From: Chrysomallon squamiferum
Lineage: Eukaryota; Animalia; Mollusca
Assembly: GCA_012295275.1 (NCBI GenBank)
Contig: CM022672.1
Location: 19,964,001 to 20,028,000, forward strand
Length of the DNA: 64,000 nt
Reading direction: 5' to 3'
Made by a program: the position numbers and the translations under genes. The notes under the pieces were generated by a model, which was given only the letters and a program-made list of their open reading frames with translations, searched no databases and was not told the DNA's origin. Below are positions 62,601 to 64,000 of this stretch, piece by piece; position 1 is the first letter of the stretch, and each line of letters begins with the position of its first letter.

Positions 62601-63767
62601 GTGTATTTATAATAACTGTTCTGAATGTATTTGTGTGTATATAGTCAGTGTTAGTAAATTAAAAATTAATTTATTGTACATGTTTTTAATAAGCAAATAA
62701 AATATTTATAAAATAATAATTATTTTTTTTTATCTAAAATTGCATATCAGACCTCTTTTATGAAATAAATTTTATATGATGTTGAGATCATGTTAATTTA
62801 TTTTGATTACAATGAAAGTTTATTTAAATCTTAAAATTAGATATAAAATTCAAATAATTGTTATGATAAAAAGTTTAATATTTATAAAATGATTTAATAT
62901 AATTTATAATTTTTCAGAATTCGTGGCAAGTGTTACTTGCAGTGTGATGGAAGGATGATTGTCCCAGAGATCACTAGAGGAGCTCTCGGCACACACAGAG
63001 GTCGAGGTGTTGAAGGTCGTGCCAGTGCCTATTGCTTATGGATTCTTACTCTAGGCAAATCATTGTCAGAACCACTGAAGACAGACAACATGCCTGTGAT
63101 AACTCTAAGAGTTGAAGGAGACCTGGAAGTGGAATGTAGCAGGGTAAGATTTCAGTACATGCCAGTATGCATGTGTGTTCTGTCAGTATGGAAAGACACA
63201 TTTGCTTGATACAGTGAATAGTTTTACAAATTAAAATTTTCATTATAATGCAACAAAAATAGAGTAATACATACAAAAATATATATGTTAAATATTTAAA
63301 GTTTTTATTTGTATTATTTTTAAAATTTATTTAAAAGAAGTTTTTACTGACATAAACTGAATTCAGTAAAATTTTATTACATATATTAAAATTTGTAATT
63401 GTAAATTTATACTATTCTCTATTATTAATTTCTACATGGGATGATCTCTTATTTTTTTAATAATTAATCAATGGTTTGAATTTGCATATTAAACAAAATC
63501 CTCAAACTTCCACAACAAACATGCAAAAAAGATTTCTAGTTGATGTGTAAACTATTTTCGTTATATCCACAAAAATTGATGAGCTTCAAAACTTGTATTT
63601 TCAGGATTTTATTTACATATATGATGGTGTCCCTACATTTGTGAGTGGCAACACTGAAGATGAGATTCCACTGTTGGGTGCTTTCTGTGGCCACAACCCT
63701 GGTTCAGATCTTGTTGTGCAGGCACGATCAGGAATCATCACTGTTTATTTTGAAGCCACTTTACAAG
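47089..63767 (+). CDS. MEGF8: Multiple EGF-like domains protein 8 (CUB-EGF-kelch-PSI-EGF/laminin EGF-CUB), 3'-partial
   Basis: Exons 47089-47254 (signal peptide, CUB start GMISDGRGNYLANAHCEWLI), 49226-49389, 49861-51007 (EGFs and kelch repeats), 55066-55217, 55622-55774, 56091-56277, 56675-56847, 57297-57515, 57993-58205, 58934-59176, 59988-60091, 60588-60856 (PSI), 61148-61370 (EGF-Ca CPDVEECLLGLHNCH), 61781-62010, 62414-62555 (laminin EGF), 62918-63143, 63605-63767 (second CUB). A second CUB and EGF-Ca domain distinguish it from attractin. Confidence 0.93.
52715..53010. mobile_element. Possible degenerate non-autonomous DNA transposon remnant in MEGF8 intron 3
   Basis: GAGGTAAATGAGGC near the left end, ACCTCATTT near the right end, internal CCCCAAGACCCC; ends are not cleanly resolvable. 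Confidence 0.25.
55257..55288. repeat. (TG)n microsatellite
   Basis: TG run in MEGF8 intron 4. Confidence 0.9.
59156..59444 (+). repeat. 48-bp minisatellite, 6 copies, spanning a MEGF8 exon/intron junction
   Basis: Unit TA(C/T)TGTCATAC(T/A)TGTGTGACT-GTGAGTGTTTGTTTATGTAATTCTTAG at 59156, 59204, 59252, 59300, 59348 (46 bp) and 59394 (diverged). Confidence 0.95.
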
Positions 63768-63955
63768 GTGAGAATCGTTATTGTAGAGAGGAATCCATAT
63801 CACAGGAATGAGTTGTTTAGAGAATACATGTTATAGTGGTTAGTTGATGACAAATTTATAAACAAAATTATGTCTGACATCTTTGAAACATTACAAGATT
63901 TTTAAAGCATTTGTTTATATTTTTTTAAATTTTCTTTTTTATATTTTTTTAAATT

Positions 63956-63987
<32 letters not shown>

Positions 63988-64000
63988 TATGCTGAATGAT

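Overview
AT-rich, intron-rich animal genomic DNA with CpG-depleted gene bodies. It is probably an invertebrate such as a mollusc or other lophotrochozoan (inferred from composition and the small-HSP style). Gene order: 5' part of RBM18 (-), a single-exon small heat-shock protein (-), a 14-exon F-BAR/HR1/SH3 gene of the FNBP1/FNBP1L/CIP4 family (+), a 10-exon Ca2+-binding mitochondrial ATP-Mg/Pi carrier (SCaMC, -), and the first 17 coding exons of MEGF8 (+, runs off the window). The most unusual feature is an intronless-CDS gene nested antisense in intron 2 of the F-BAR gene. It encodes a secreted protein made only of two complete Frizzled cysteine-rich domains. Other notable points: an apparent frameshift or uORF at the sHSP start, an alternative first exon and two microexons in the F-BAR gene, a 48-bp tandem repeat that multiplies a MEGF8 exon end with its splice donor, and same-phase upstream ATGs before all five fully visible start codons. 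Exon boundaries were read by eye and no database search was run.
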